This document shows, one piece after another, positions 36,848 through 46,781 of a stretch of 64,000 nt of DNA. The notes beneath the pieces were generated by a model, which worked only from the letters and a program-made list of their open reading frames with translations, did not search any database and was not told where the DNA came from. Source of the DNA: a virus (taxonomy: Duplodnaviria > Caudoviricetes). Within the stretch, counting starts at the first letter, position 1. Every line of letters starts with the position of its first letter. A program made the position numbers and the translations under genes. The stretch spans positions 10,101-74,100 of IMG/VR virus record IMGVR_UViG_3300045284_000107; one strand, 5' to 3'.

Positions 36848-37594
36848 TTAGTTGGTGGAGTTCCAACTCCCCACCGAGCCAGAGGCGTCGGCGAAAGCGG
36901 AGAAGTCAAGATCCTCGATCACATAATCATCAATACGGGTTGGGAACGTCAGGCGGTTACTGACACAAGCGTTCAAGACCAACACGACTTGGTTGTTCTC
37001 GAACTCTTGGAAGAACGTAGCCTTGAACCTGGGAGTGTTGCCCATCAGGGGGTTGCCAAGTGCAATGCTATTTCCCCCCGTAACGGTGTACGAATAGTTG
37101 ACAAGTACACCAGTTCCGGCCGGGAGCGTCCCAAACGTATACGCGCCAGTCGAAGCATTAAAAACATACTGACCGGCAGTTGGGGCGCTACTTACCGCAA
37201 TCAACTGATTGCCATTGGAACCCAAAAAGACACCCTGGTCGAGCAGAGGTGTGGAACCAGCGTTTGCCACCGTGTAACTTGCAGCGCCGGTGCCGCCCAA
37301 TGCAGAACTTTCATTCCAAGAGTATTTCAGGGATGTGGTGGTGGACAGGATCTGACCAAAAAAGAGGTCATTAAACATGCGGGCCTTGATCTCGGCAACC
37401 TTCGCTTTGCCGGTGATCTTTGTTTTGCCACGGGCAGTATCAATTGGATACTGATTGGTGGCAAACAATTCCTTCGTGTCGCCCGAGAACTCGATGTCTA
37501 CGTTTTGAAGGGCGCCAAAACGAATAGGAGTGAGGGTTCCCCCACTATCAGTTCTGATGCCTGTCAAAACGCCGGAGCCAAAACCAAATTCCAT
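36848..37594 (-). CDS. Major tail (tube) protein
   Basis: FGSGVLTG...FGALQNVDIEFSG..KEL...YP...ARGK.KITGKAK; DFSAFADASG. Confidence 0.8.
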   Translation of the reverse strand: MEFGFGSGVLTGIRTDSGGTLTPIRFGALQNVDIEFSGDTKELFATNQYPIDTARGKTKITGKAKVAEIKARMFNDLFFGQILSTTTSLKYSWNESSALGGTGAASYTVANAGSTPLLDQGVFLGSNGNQLIAVSSAPTAGQYVFNASTGAYTFGTLPAGTGVLVNYSYTVTGGNSIALGNPLMGNTPRFKATFFQEFENNQVVLVLNACVSNRLTFPTRIDDYVIEDLDFSAFADASGSVGSWNSTN

Positions 37595-37623
37595 GGAACC
37601 ATTCCTTCAATTAGAGGGTAGGA

Positions 37624-37887
37624 CTACTCGCGCTTGAGTGGCCCTTTGGTGAGGTATTCCCGCAAGTGTGAGAGAGAATTGTTCAGGTGGTTCCACGCTT
37701 CGGTATTAGCCGAGATTGGGCTGTTCCTAACGTAGTCATCAATCCACGCAGAAGATGCCGCCTGCCAAGTCTCATCTGAGATTTCTGACCCAGCAAATGG
37801 CACCTTTGGATCTGCGCCTTGATCCGCTGTAACCGTAGCCGCCGTTTCTTGTTCTTGTTGTTCCTGTTGTTCTTTATCGTCCGACAT
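37624..37887 (-). CDS. Hypothetical protein
   Basis: MSDDKEQQEQ...; AGGA RBS. Confidence 0.55.
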   Translation of the reverse strand: MSDDKEQQEQQEQETAATVTADQGADPKVPFAGSEISDETWQAASSAWIDDYVRNSPISANTEAWNHLNNSLSHLREYLTKGPLKRE

Positions 37888-37900
37888 TGGTTTTCCTTTC

Positions 37901-38392
37901 CTAAGGCAAAAGGATACGAATGGGGAGAACCAATAAGGCTTGCCCATCTATGTCTCCCGGATCACGGATGAGCATTGAGTCTTCGCGAATAATCCGCGCC
38001 CAATGTACAAGTCCCCCAAGTGTGAGTTCATTTCGGCCGGGATCATCGGGAAGTAAAACACTTTCTAAAGCCGTTTCCATAATGTCAAGTAAATCGTCCC
38101 CAATTATAGACTCGTCCCCGGTCGGGGCATAACACCAAAAACCCATATCCAAATAACGCCGAATGAGATTACCACTACCGCTTGAATTGCGGTTTTCCCG
38201 GTGCTGCACTAGAAACATGGCGGGTTGCATAGACGTGTCCACATTGATCCAGAGTTTTAATCTTCTGGAGGTGGTGGCCCAGGTCGTGTACCCATTTATA
38301 GGGGTATCAAAGGTGGCGCTTTTGGCCAAATCAAATAAACGATCCTTAATTATCTTTCTATCTCTTGGGGTGGCGGGGCCAAAATCAAACAT
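37901..38392 (-). CDS. Tail terminator-like protein
   Basis: SRRLKLW...QPAMFL...TLGGLVHWARI...GDIDGQA...PIRILLP; upstream of the tail tube gene. Confidence 0.7.
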   Translation of the reverse strand: MFDFGPATPRDRKIIKDRLFDLAKSATFDTPINGYTTWATTSRRLKLWINVDTSMQPAMFLVQHRENRNSSGSGNLIRRYLDMGFWCYAPTGDESIIGDDLLDIMETALESVLLPDDPGRNELTLGGLVHWARIIREDSMLIRDPGDIDGQALLVLPIRILLP

Positions 38393-38846
38393 TGGACGTA
38401 ACCTTTACTTTTCGCCCACCCTCAACCCCATACTCGATCCGTATATCGTCCCCCAAAATAACCTCCAATTGTCCACCCCTTTCAATTATTCCATCTAGGA
38501 CATTTTTAATTTCGGGGGCTTGCCATGAGCGAGGGTATTGGGGATCTACCTGTACATAGGCCAATTTATCATCATGACGATCAACGGGGCCAATAACCAC
38601 ATGAGAAATATCAGGACGGAGATATCTAGGCAATCTCTTAGTCTCGTCTTCATGGCTTTGACTTTCTAGCCACAAACATTTAAATTGGGCACAGGCCAGA
38701 AGTTGGGGGTCCGAGGATTTCTCCATATGACGTTCACAACCGCCGTGTACCCCCGTCCACCAACAGAGCATACGCGCAGGTTTGTTTATGTCCGGAACCC
38801 CCAACAACTTGCAGCACAAGTTACATGCGCCACAACCCAAAGTCAT
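38385..38846 (-). CDS. Second YkgJ-like CxxCxxCC protein
   Basis: CGACNLCC...C...C...ACAQFKCLWL...RPD; paralog of 729-1304. Confidence 0.7.
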   Translation of the reverse strand: MTLGCGACNLCCKLLGVPDINKPARMLCWWTGVHGGCERHMEKSSDPQLLACAQFKCLWLESQSHEDETKRLPRYLRPDISHVVIGPVDRHDDKLAYVQVDPQYPRSWQAPEIKNVLDGIIERGGQLEVILGDDIRIEYGVEGGRKVKVTSNV

Positions 38847-38997
38847 AAGTAATTATTCCTTTGGGGGATCAGTTTGGACAGGAAGATTGTCTGACGGCGG
38901 ATCTTTTTGCTCCTTTTCAGGTTCGCCATTTTCGTCAGACATATAGAATGGAAACGCCAACTGTTCTGGTTCCATCTTGTGTCCGTCCTTTCGACAA

Positions 38998-39023
38998 TAA
39001 AAAAGGCCCCGCGAGGGGGCCTT
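38998..39023 (-). terminator. Rho-independent terminator after the PEP-CTERM genes
   Basis: AAGGCCCC-GCGAG-GGGGCCTT with a T-run downstream on the - strand. Confidence 0.75.
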
Positions 39024-39050
39024 AAGTTTTGAGGGAGATCTGGAAGGTGC

Positions 39051-39830
39051 TTAGGCAAATGCCTCTTGGGACGGGGCCGGAGATTGTTCCAGTTTCTTAA
39101 ATCTTCTTCGGATAAACCCCATCGCCACGAGTCCAGTCCCCAAAAGGGCCATACTTCCCGGCTCTGGTACGTCAATGGCCGATGCGACAGGTACGATGTA
39201 GAAACTCTCGCCCCCATCAACCGCGCCATGCCATGTGGCCTGAAAGATCAGGTTATCACCCGGCTGTATAGCACAGTCGGCCAGTACGAATTGGCCACTG
39301 TCCCGACAGCCTTGTGACAAATTGAACCCTGAGATCAGGTAATCTGCCGAGCCATTACCATTTCGGATATCTGGCAACGCCACCGAGCCGGCCAAGTCAA
39401 ACACTATCTGACCAGTCGTAAGATCAATCAGGCGGAACTGATCTAGGACTTCCGACGCAGCGTGGGTCGAGTTCACGTCAATGGCGACCCCGAACGTAAA
39501 CAAGGGATCTGTGCCTTGGGCGTTTAGGAAGTTCTCCAGTTGGGTTCCGGTATAGGCCGTGCCTTGTACACCGTTCCCAAACGCATTGGTCAGATTTGAT
39601 GAGAACAGGTTGAAACTGTCATCATTACCTGTGCTGTTGAAATTATTGTACCCAAATCCTACCGGATTGTGGGCCTGTGTCGTTGCACAGATAATGCACG
39701 GATCGGAGGCCGACTGTGGTACGACTTGTGCATCGGCAAGTGGCGTCACAGTAAGTGTAGTAGCATTTGCGGGACTTAAACCCGCCACCAATGCCATTAC
39801 AGATACTGCACCTAACAAGTTCTTAATCAT
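39051..39830 (-). CDS. PEP-CTERM exported protein 2
   Basis: Signal peptide ending ANA; C-terminal VPEPGSMALLGTGLVAMGFIRRR. Confidence 0.9.
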   Translation of the reverse strand: MIKNLLGAVSVMALVAGLSPANATTLTVTPLADAQVVPQSASDPCIICATTQAHNPVGFGYNNFNSTGNDDSFNLFSSNLTNAFGNGVQGTAYTGTQLENFLNAQGTDPLFTFGVAIDVNSTHAASEVLDQFRLIDLTTGQIVFDLAGSVALPDIRNGNGSADYLISGFNLSQGCRDSGQFVLADCAIQPGDNLIFQATWHGAVDGGESFYIVPVASAIDVPEPGSMALLGTGLVAMGFIRRRFKKLEQSPAPSQEAFA

Positions 39831-39850
39831 GTTTGTAGCCTTTGATTAGG

Positions 39851-39875
39851 GGTTGGGACCAGGACGGTCCCAACC
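39851..39875. promoter_or_regulatory. Perfect 10-bp hairpin between the PEP-CTERM genes
   Basis: GGTTGGGACC-AGGAC-GGTCCCAACC. Confidence 0.55.
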
Positions 39876-39885
39876 ATTGTTAAAG

Positions 39886-40653
39886 TTAGGCAGCGAGGAG
39901 ATCTTGTTGACCAAAATCTTCCTGTTTCTTTTGGCGGCGGCGAACAAACCACCCCATACCAACAAGACCCGCACCCATAATCGCTAGGGATGACGGCTCG
40001 TTTACTGGCGTTACGTCGGAGGTGATGTCTTGGGAACGACCAGCCAAAGTGGCCTGCGCCCCAGAAATCAAATCACCCTGCGCCCACATAGTCCACGAGT
40101 ATGGACCTGTAGTAACAAACGGCACAGTTACCTGACCCGTATCGAATGAGTCAGCACCACCAACAGCCGTGAAGTTGGCAGTAGACAACTGTGTCCCAGG
40201 GAGATCAGTAACGTTTTCGGCTCCCTGCTGGTTGGTAGTGTCACCATACCATGCCAGACTTATCGTGCTGGCAGGTGCGTTGAGCCAAGTTCCACTACCC
40301 GCCAACGTAGCGGTGTTAGTCGGCGCCGCAAAGTCAGTACCACCAACCACAAACGTAATGGTCTGGGTAGTACCTGTCGTATTGGTGATCTGCGTGCTGT
40401 TAGTCAGCAGAGAGTTTGTTGGAGGTCCGATAAACTGTAACTGCGACGACCCCTCAAAAGTCACACCCCCAATGTTAGTAGAACCAAGAGTGAGGGTGCC
40501 GATGGCGTTGTTGGTATCGCAACCTGACTGATTGTCGAAGCAAGAAAACGAACTTGCCCCAACCGTAGCCGCAATCATCAGAGTGGCATTGCCGGGATTG
40601 GCCAATCCCAACAAAAGCACCCCCGCACTTACTGTACTCAAAAGATACTTCAT
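39886..40653 (-). CDS. PEP-CTERM exported protein 1
   Basis: Signal peptide ending GNA; Thr/Gly/Ser-rich; C-terminal VNEPSSLAIMGAGLVGMGWFVRRR. Confidence 0.88.
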   Translation of the reverse strand: MKYLLSTVSAGVLLLGLANPGNATLMIAATVGASSFSCFDNQSGCDTNNAIGTLTLGSTNIGGVTFEGSSQLQFIGPPTNSLLTNSTQITNTTGTTQTITFVVGGTDFAAPTNTATLAGSGTWLNAPASTISLAWYGDTTNQQGAENVTDLPGTQLSTANFTAVGGADSFDTGQVTVPFVTTGPYSWTMWAQGDLISGAQATLAGRSQDITSDVTPVNEPSSLAIMGAGLVGMGWFVRRRQKKQEDFGQQDLLAA

Positions 40654-40713
40654 TGTTACACCCAAGGGTTAGTGGTGGACGCTAGTAATTGCCATGTGTA
40701 CAGCACAGCAACC

Positions 40714-40737
40714 ATAGGCCCCGATTTAGGGGCCTAT
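40714..40737. promoter_or_regulatory. 9-bp hairpin upstream of the PEP-CTERM pair
   Basis: ATAGGCCCC-GATTTA-GGGGCCTAT. Confidence 0.45.
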
Positions 40738-41055
40738 TCCGGGGAGAAGCAAACCGCCAGGAGTTGTAAACCTGGCCTCGACATGCTTCCTAACCATTAC
40801 TGAAAAGGACGAAACCAAATCCTTAATTAGAGCCTCTCGGGCCTGGGGAGGTTCAATCATGGCACAAACCGATGCCAAATGATTTAACAATAAATTTATC
40901 ATGTCATGGGCCGGGACACCCATTTTCAAGGCCTGCCGCTCTGCCGCCGCAAGTCCGTGGTTCAATGGTTCAAGAAGTAATACCCCCAAATTTGGGGGCA
41001 AGTTAGATACTGGACCTAGATTTGCTTGGTGGGTAGTTTCAGTCTCGGTAGTCAT
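40726..41055 (-). CDS. Hypothetical protein
   Basis: TAATG coupling to the adaptor gene. Confidence 0.55.
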   Translation of the reverse strand: MTTETETTHQANLGPVSNLPPNLGVLLLEPLNHGLAAAERQALKMGVPAHDMINLLLNHLASVCAMIEPPQAREALIKDLVSSFSVMVRKHVEARFTTPGGLLLPGIGP

Positions 41056-41945
41056 TAGATAAATGCTCCCATTGCCGGTGGTAGCGGGGAACAATACGGA
41101 CCTAGTATTCCTTTTACAAAGTCCGACAAACCATCACTCATGGAGTAAGTTATACTTTCTTGGGCGGCCAACGATTGAGATCTTACACCCCCCGCGCGTC
41201 TTCGATAGGATACTCTATCCTGTATAGTTTCAAGACACGCTTGTTCCAAATCAGAAGGTATGTACCCATAACTGATAAGAACGTTTTGGCCCGCATCGGA
41301 GGCCGAGAATGTATATTTATTCCTGGCCGGAGTGGCATTTGGATCTGGGGGAATGTACTGCCCCACCTGCAATGTAGCTGTATCGGCGGGCATTGCCACG
41401 AGTAAACCTCTGCCGGTAGCATACACCACACCTTCGTCCGTTGCCCAAATACCAAAAGTAGAAAGCGGCACAATCTCAAAAGGTGTCAATAACGGAACCA
41501 TATATGGCTCATCCACAACGCCATACCCGGCCTTGTACTTGACCACTACGCCCTGGGTACTCCAAATGTAAAAGGCCCCGCCTGTAAGTCCAATAACCGC
41601 GGCCACTCCCGGCGGAATGCCATTCCAGGGCTGAAACCTATAACCATAAGGATTTGCCCCAGTATCTATTTGGTTTGCTTGGGGCGCAAATTTCATAGGC
41701 TGCCCAGAAATATGCAAAGATTGCAATTCCAATAATGGATAATTAGGCAGAACTAACTGTTGTGTCCCACTTCCATTAAATTGTTCTGTATAGACGCGGG
41801 GTGTCATTACGCCCCGGTTGAGATATGAGGATATGCTTCGAGACACTCTGGTAATCATACCTCCTAGGACGGCAGCACTGGGCGGAGAGTCCAGATATTG
41901 CCGGGCCGTTTCCATAGTGGTCAGATCACCACTTGTCAAGGACAT
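41055..41945 (-). CDS. Head-tail adaptor (connector) protein with an insertion
   Basis: DLTT...ARQYL...I.RVSR.I.SYLNR; Y.AGY; IPSDLEQACLE. Confidence 0.75.
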   Translation of the reverse strand: MSLTSGDLTTMETARQYLDSPPSAAVLGGMITRVSRSISSYLNRGVMTPRVYTEQFNGSGTQQLVLPNYPLLELQSLHISGQPMKFAPQANQIDTGANPYGYRFQPWNGIPPGVAAVIGLTGGAFYIWSTQGVVVKYKAGYGVVDEPYMVPLLTPFEIVPLSTFGIWATDEGVVYATGRGLLVAMPADTATLQVGQYIPPDPNATPARNKYTFSASDAGQNVLISYGYIPSDLEQACLETIQDRVSYRRRAGGVRSQSLAAQESITYSMSDGLSDFVKGILGPYCSPLPPAMGAFI

Positions 41946-42328
41946 TACTTCTTTCCTTTTTCCTCAGCCTGATCTGCCTGCAAATTCTTAAATTCGGCCT
42001 CAAGATTAAAGAACTTTAATTTCCATTCATCAATTTCCATCTTGGTCGCCGCCATAGCGCCCTTTAGGGCCTCGTTCTCGACCTTTAGTCCCTCGACCTG
42101 ACCCGCCAATTGTGACAGGGCCGTATCTTTTATGAGATCATCTTTGGGCAGGTCTTTGGGATTACCAATTGGCTTTCCTTGTCCAAATCCTGGTAAGTCC
42201 AGAATTATGGGGGCAAAGTGATCTGGTGCCCTGAAACAATCCCGGCCATCCTCATCCTTGGCCTCAGGAAAGAAATTCTGCAACTGTACACTTATTTCGC
42301 GGGTTCCTTCGGGAAATCTAAACCACAT
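41945..42328 (-). CDS. Hypothetical head-associated protein with C-terminal coiled coil
   Basis: Position after the capsid gene; heptad C-terminus. Confidence 0.55.
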   Translation of the reverse strand: MWFRFPEGTREISVQLQNFFPEAKDEDGRDCFRAPDHFAPIILDLPGFGQGKPIGNPKDLPKDDLIKDTALSQLAGQVEGLKVENEALKGAMAATKMEIDEWKLKFFNLEAEFKNLQADQAEEKGKK

Positions 42329-42934
42329 CTAAACGGCCCTCTCATACTGCAAGGTCGGGGACTTAAAGGGCGAAATCAATGCAAACCCACTATCATTTAA
42401 AATTATCTTTACAGAATGTTTCTGGCAAAATGGATAAAGAAAACTCAAACCGCGCCGATGTGGCATAAGTTCAGGCTCAACCTTACCTTGACCCCAAGGT
42501 AGATCCGCCCAGAACCTCAAATCATCAATTAAAACACAGTAACTCCCATCTGGTCGGGCGGCTCTAATGGCGTCTAATTCTTTTCTAATTGGCATTCGTT
42601 CTATCTCAGACCGTTCGGTACTGGACTGGCCATATAAATCAGGACAGTGAGCATCGAGCCAGAAAAACACCGGATCACTAAACCGTAATTCTTCTAACAA
42701 GCGGGGCAACTCCTCTGCACTGTTGCCTTGAATAATTCTAACCCGTGGATCATGTGAAAAGTCACTTTTGGCCTTTTGAACTACCTCGGGCCATATCTCT
42801 ATTGAAAACAACCAAGAGAACTTTTTCCCGGCCGCGATCCTGAGACTATCTCCATTGCCATATCCAGTTTCCACAAAGATTGGAAACCGACTAATAAATT
42901 TGTCAGATAGAGGAAAATTAAGTAGGCTTCCCAT
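42329..42934 (-). CDS. Class I SAM-dependent methyltransferase-like protein
   Basis: FVETGYGNGDS, SIE, IIQGNS, FWLDAH, LIDD. Confidence 0.75.
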   Translation of the reverse strand: MGSLLNFPLSDKFISRFPIFVETGYGNGDSLRIAAGKKFSWLFSIEIWPEVVQKAKSDFSHDPRVRIIQGNSAEELPRLLEELRFSDPVFFWLDAHCPDLYGQSSTERSEIERMPIRKELDAIRAARPDGSYCVLIDDLRFWADLPWGQGKVEPELMPHRRGLSFLYPFCQKHSVKIILNDSGFALISPFKSPTLQYERAV

Positions 42935-43027
42935 TAGGAGTTTCTAAGTTCAGATTAACGTGGTAGTATAATAGGGCGGGTGGGCCGTGTCAATAGTGAG
43001 AAAGCGACCCACCCAACCCCGCCCCAA

Positions 43028-44683
43028 CTAGAATACCATAGATCCCGAGCCGGGGTTCTTGTTAGTAATCGCCGCGAATGCAGGTGAGAAGTACATCGCG
43101 AAAACTTCATCGACGTACACACCATACTCATACCGCCGGGCACGCCAGGGCCACTGTATCTGATAGTAGTCTTGCCGTACACGGGCCTCCAACAAGTTTG
43201 CCACCCCCGAGAGTTCGTATGGGGAAGTATCAGACCAGAAGATAATTGTCCCGGCGGGCAAATACGGATGAACTTCAACATCAAGGGTGTTGTTGAAGAA
43301 CTTATTCATGTAGGACGTAACCTTTCGGCCTGCAACTATACGTCCCGTCGCTTCGTCGGCGTCAAAGAGGATACGGTAAATGTTCGAGGCCGCACTCTGG
43401 TTCAACATGGCCCCAAACGTATCCAGCATATCCTGTCCGGACATCAAGATGCGCGAGAAACCGATCTTATATTGGTCATACGCAGCCTGGAGCAAAAGAT
43501 CGAACTCTACGATATTGGAACCACTAATCGTGAGTCCGGTATTGCCCGTTGGCAAGGCATAGATGAGACTGCCACCCGCCGACGTACTAATGGCAGAGTT
43601 CAGAACCGGATTGGTAGACATTGCCCGGCCGGGGTCCATACCCATAACCGCGCCAAAAATCTGCGGAATAATCCCATCCGGTACAAGGATGTTGGTGGAA
43701 TTATCCGCAGGAGCGGCGGCCACATAGATGGCATTTAGGGGCTGGTTAGTTGCAGCGGGAAGTCCCCTGAGAATGGCCTGATTGCTGGGAGTGATACCGG
43801 CCAAATACATGGTGCCAGGACTTGCAGCCGTGGAACCGGCGTACCAGGCATATGCCATCGCGCCAGGAACCCGCGCAACAGTAGCAGTTACGACTTGGGT
43901 GCCCGTGGGCGTGACGGTGGCAATAGCGGAGGGTTGGGCACTACCACCACCATAAGTATCAGATGTACCATCCGCATTGATCTTGGTGACTTGGCCGGGG
44001 ACACCACCAATAGCATTTGCCGACTGATAGGTGGTATATCCAGTAACGCCCATCCCCGACAGTGCAACCGCCGCCACATAAATGGCGCCGCCGAAAGTCC
44101 CAACTGCGGAGGATGTACCCGCGAGGGTGGGAGTTGGCGTAGTGCCAAGTGGCATCGAGGCATTGCCATTAATGAGGATCTTTTCCTCATCAATCATCAA
44201 CGAACGCAGAGCCGACTGTACACTAATGCCCAAGGCTTCTGGGTTCAAGTTCCTGGCACCAAGTCGGGCCTCGAACGTGACCGAGCTTTCCAGACCCAAG
44301 GTCTTAAATGCCGCCGTCAAGTCCTGTTCCGCGATTGCAATTCGCGCGCCACGATTACCCTCGGACACCCCAGAGGAAATACCGTTGACGTTAATTGCAG
44401 TAACACGCTTCCAGTGATAGGCATTACCACCGTCCGCACTCACCCGTGGAAGTCTTGAGATCCTGGGGATCAACTCCCGGTAGGGATAGAGCATTTGAAC
44501 GACAGGCTTCAGGTCGTACCACAAAAGATTTGTGGCTTGGGAAATGGTATCTGCCTTTGACAGAATACCCTCTGCGTTCTTTTCGAGGCCTTTTACAAAC
44601 CCTTCATTTGCAAGGAGGGCCTGTACAAATTCGTTGCCAATTCCGTTACTGCCCACGAAGGGCACATTGTATCCAGTAGTCAT
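43028..44683 (-). CDS. Major capsid protein
   Basis: 551 aa directly after protease/scaffold; YDL.P, W..VT.I, GVSEG.R, EVHPYLPAGTI, YEYGVY.DE. Confidence 0.8.
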   Translation of the reverse strand: MTTGYNVPFVGSNGIGNEFVQALLANEGFVKGLEKNAEGILSKADTISQATNLLWYDLKPVVQMLYPYRELIPRISRLPRVSADGGNAYHWKRVTAINVNGISSGVSEGNRGARIAIAEQDLTAAFKTLGLESSVTFEARLGARNLNPEALGISVQSALRSLMIDEEKILINGNASMPLGTTPTPTLAGTSSAVGTFGGAIYVAAVALSGMGVTGYTTYQSANAIGGVPGQVTKINADGTSDTYGGGSAQPSAIATVTPTGTQVVTATVARVPGAMAYAWYAGSTAASPGTMYLAGITPSNQAILRGLPAATNQPLNAIYVAAAPADNSTNILVPDGIIPQIFGAVMGMDPGRAMSTNPVLNSAISTSAGGSLIYALPTGNTGLTISGSNIVEFDLLLQAAYDQYKIGFSRILMSGQDMLDTFGAMLNQSAASNIYRILFDADEATGRIVAGRKVTSYMNKFFNNTLDVEVHPYLPAGTIIFWSDTSPYELSGVANLLEARVRQDYYQIQWPWRARRYEYGVYVDEVFAMYFSPAFAAITNKNPGSGSMVF

Positions 44684-44714
44684 TTCAAAATCCTCTCAAT
44701 CTTGGGTCTGGGGC

Positions 44715-46781
44715 TTAGGCTTTGGCACCCGCCGTGCCATGAAAGCTGGGATCAAAGACTTGGCGGCCATGACCATTCACGATCATATTGCCAATGACCT
44801 TACCAACGGCACTTTTGCGGATACTTTCATCATCCGAAACCAGGGCGTGTTCACTCACCCCCTCAAACAAGGAGGTGGAGTCCCTGGCGCTATTGCCCAA
44901 TCCCAACTTTGTGGTATCGAACAAATGTGGTTTGCGACCGGAACTAGGCATTGCGGGCATCTTTTCCAGAAGGTCCACCTTGGCCTCTGCCGCCGCCGCC
45001 CGCGTTAGGGCTTGAACTTCAGCCTGGGACCAATATGTCTTGGCCATTTTCTTTGGGCCAGTCTCAAGACCCCAATCAATAGGATCAGAACCGCCTCCCT
45101 TACTGCCCGGTCCCGCATGTACCAGTTCGCTCTCGCTGAGAGCGTCTACACCGGCTGGGACTCGATAAAACTCATTGCCCGTTGTAGGACTTTGTTCAGT
45201 TTGACCCGTCCTACCTGCCGCCTTTTTGATTTGCATATCGGCAGCCTTAACGAACGTCTTGAGTGTACTGAGATCGCCGTAGGCCTTTTGCAAGTATTTC
45301 ATTGCCGTTTCGTGATCGAAGTCACCACTCTCGGGTTTGGCCTTTTTAGCCATCTTGGACATATAGGCTTCTTTGTGCATAGAATGCGCGGCCTTAATCG
45401 CAGCCGAGCACTCTTTCATGGTGGACTTGGCCTTTTTCATGTTGCCACGGGCCATATCCATACGGGCCACTCTTGACGGCGGACGACCTGCCTTCGCCAA
45501 GTGCTCCTCCAACAACTTCGACAGTTCATCTTTGTCAATCTGTACAGTCATCTCGCCGCTCCTCTGGGTTGGGACATATGATTTCCTAAGTTCAAGTTCG
45601 GGGCCATCCCTTAAAGGCTGGGAACGTCTCAATTCCAACCCAGGAGGAAGCTCATGGCCAGACTTCTCCATTTGACCCTCGACGGGTCCGCGCCCATCAT
45701 CGGCACCGAGGGTTAAAAAGGACGGCTGTGCCGAATTTAAACTTACGGATGCGGACACGGCCTTTTCGGCCTTTTCTTCGGCCTGTCTTATAAGTTTTTT
45801 AGCCAGTTTCCGTTTAAAGTTCGGGGGAAGTTTAATTCCCAATTGGGCGGCACGATTTTTCAGCAGGGTTTTGGACTTGCCCGCCTTTTCGGACTTTTTG
45901 GCACAGATGGGACAATTTGCTGTGTCATGGGCGGCACATTTCATATCGTCCGTTTTTGCTATGGGTGGCCCCGTATCACAATCAATCTCGTGGACATGGG
46001 TGTCATCTTCGGATTTTTTGGTTGGGGGAAAATGAAACCCATCATTGGCCTGTCCGGGTTCACTTTTGGCCATTATTTCTACAGCTTGGGCCATTTTAGT
46101 TAGGGCGCGGGAGGCCGGGTTCCGTCCTGACATGACTTTGACAAGATAGCCTCCATTTTCAGCCGATCGTTCCTTATATCTTTTAGCAACTTCAATTCTG
46201 CATTCAGGATTTGCCGGGCGATCCACGACAGACACTTCGATAAGCTCAATCTCAGTGATAGTATTGCCAGTCTTCGCGAGCTTTTTCCCGCCAATCGAAA
46301 AACCCTTATAAACTTGGTCAAGGCACTTCTGGGCCGCCGTAGGATCGGTGATACGAGCAGTAAGAAAGAGACCTCTATCATCTACATGGGACTCCGTACC
46401 TGTGCCTACGGCAGAGGGCTGGTGCATTTCGCGAATATTTCGCCATTCCCAATATCCCGGAAGGGCTTTTCGTACTGCATCTAAAGATACAATTTCATTG
46501 TCTAGGTCCAACGCTGGGGTCGAGGCATACCCGGCGACAGTTACCGATCCGTCCTTTTGCCGTTCGACCTTTGACAATGGCAAGAACAGATTGAAATTAT
46601 CAGTCATGGTCGGGGCCTTTCCTAATTTGTTAACGGTGGCCCACGCCTCAGCGAAGGCTCTACTCTCATCCTTGTGTCTAGCATACGATGAGGTCCATAC
46701 ATGCCGCCACTGTCGGCGCTTTGAACCTTTTAATTTTGCCCGTACTGTTGGGGGCAGGGATCTGTTGGTAGGATATGGCAA
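44715..46781 (-). CDS. Prohead protease-scaffold fusion with N-terminal ChaB-like domain
   Basis: MPYPTNRSLPPTVR...AFAEAWA (ChaB-like); GYAST, IREMH, GFSIGG, EVSVVDRPANP (protease). Confidence 0.85.
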   Translation of the reverse strand: MPYPTNRSLPPTVRAKLKGSKRRQWRHVWTSSYARHKDESRAFAEAWATVNKLGKAPTMTDNFNLFLPLSKVERQKDGSVTVAGYASTPALDLDNEIVSLDAVRKALPGYWEWRNIREMHQPSAVGTGTESHVDDRGLFLTARITDPTAAQKCLDQVYKGFSIGGKKLAKTGNTITEIELIEVSVVDRPANPECRIEVAKRYKERSAENGGYLVKVMSGRNPASRALTKMAQAVEIMAKSEPGQANDGFHFPPTKKSEDDTHVHEIDCDTGPPIAKTDDMKCAAHDTANCPICAKKSEKAGKSKTLLKNRAAQLGIKLPPNFKRKLAKKLIRQAEEKAEKAVSASVSLNSAQPSFLTLGADDGRGPVEGQMEKSGHELPPGLELRRSQPLRDGPELELRKSYVPTQRSGEMTVQIDKDELSKLLEEHLAKAGRPPSRVARMDMARGNMKKAKSTMKECSAAIKAAHSMHKEAYMSKMAKKAKPESGDFDHETAMKYLQKAYGDLSTLKTFVKAADMQIKKAAGRTGQTEQSPTTGNEFYRVPAGVDALSESELVHAGPGSKGGGSDPIDWGLETGPKKMAKTYWSQAEVQALTRAAAAEAKVDLLEKMPAMPSSGRKPHLFDTTKLGLGNSARDSTSLFEGVSEHALVSDDESIRKSAVGKVIGNMIVNGHGRQVFDPSFHGTAGAKA

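Noticed and set aside
38843-39229. 128-aa - strand ORF overlapping PEP-CTERM gene 2
   Set aside because: Runs out of frame through the gene end and a terminator; at most a short acidic ORF near 38855-38944 is real
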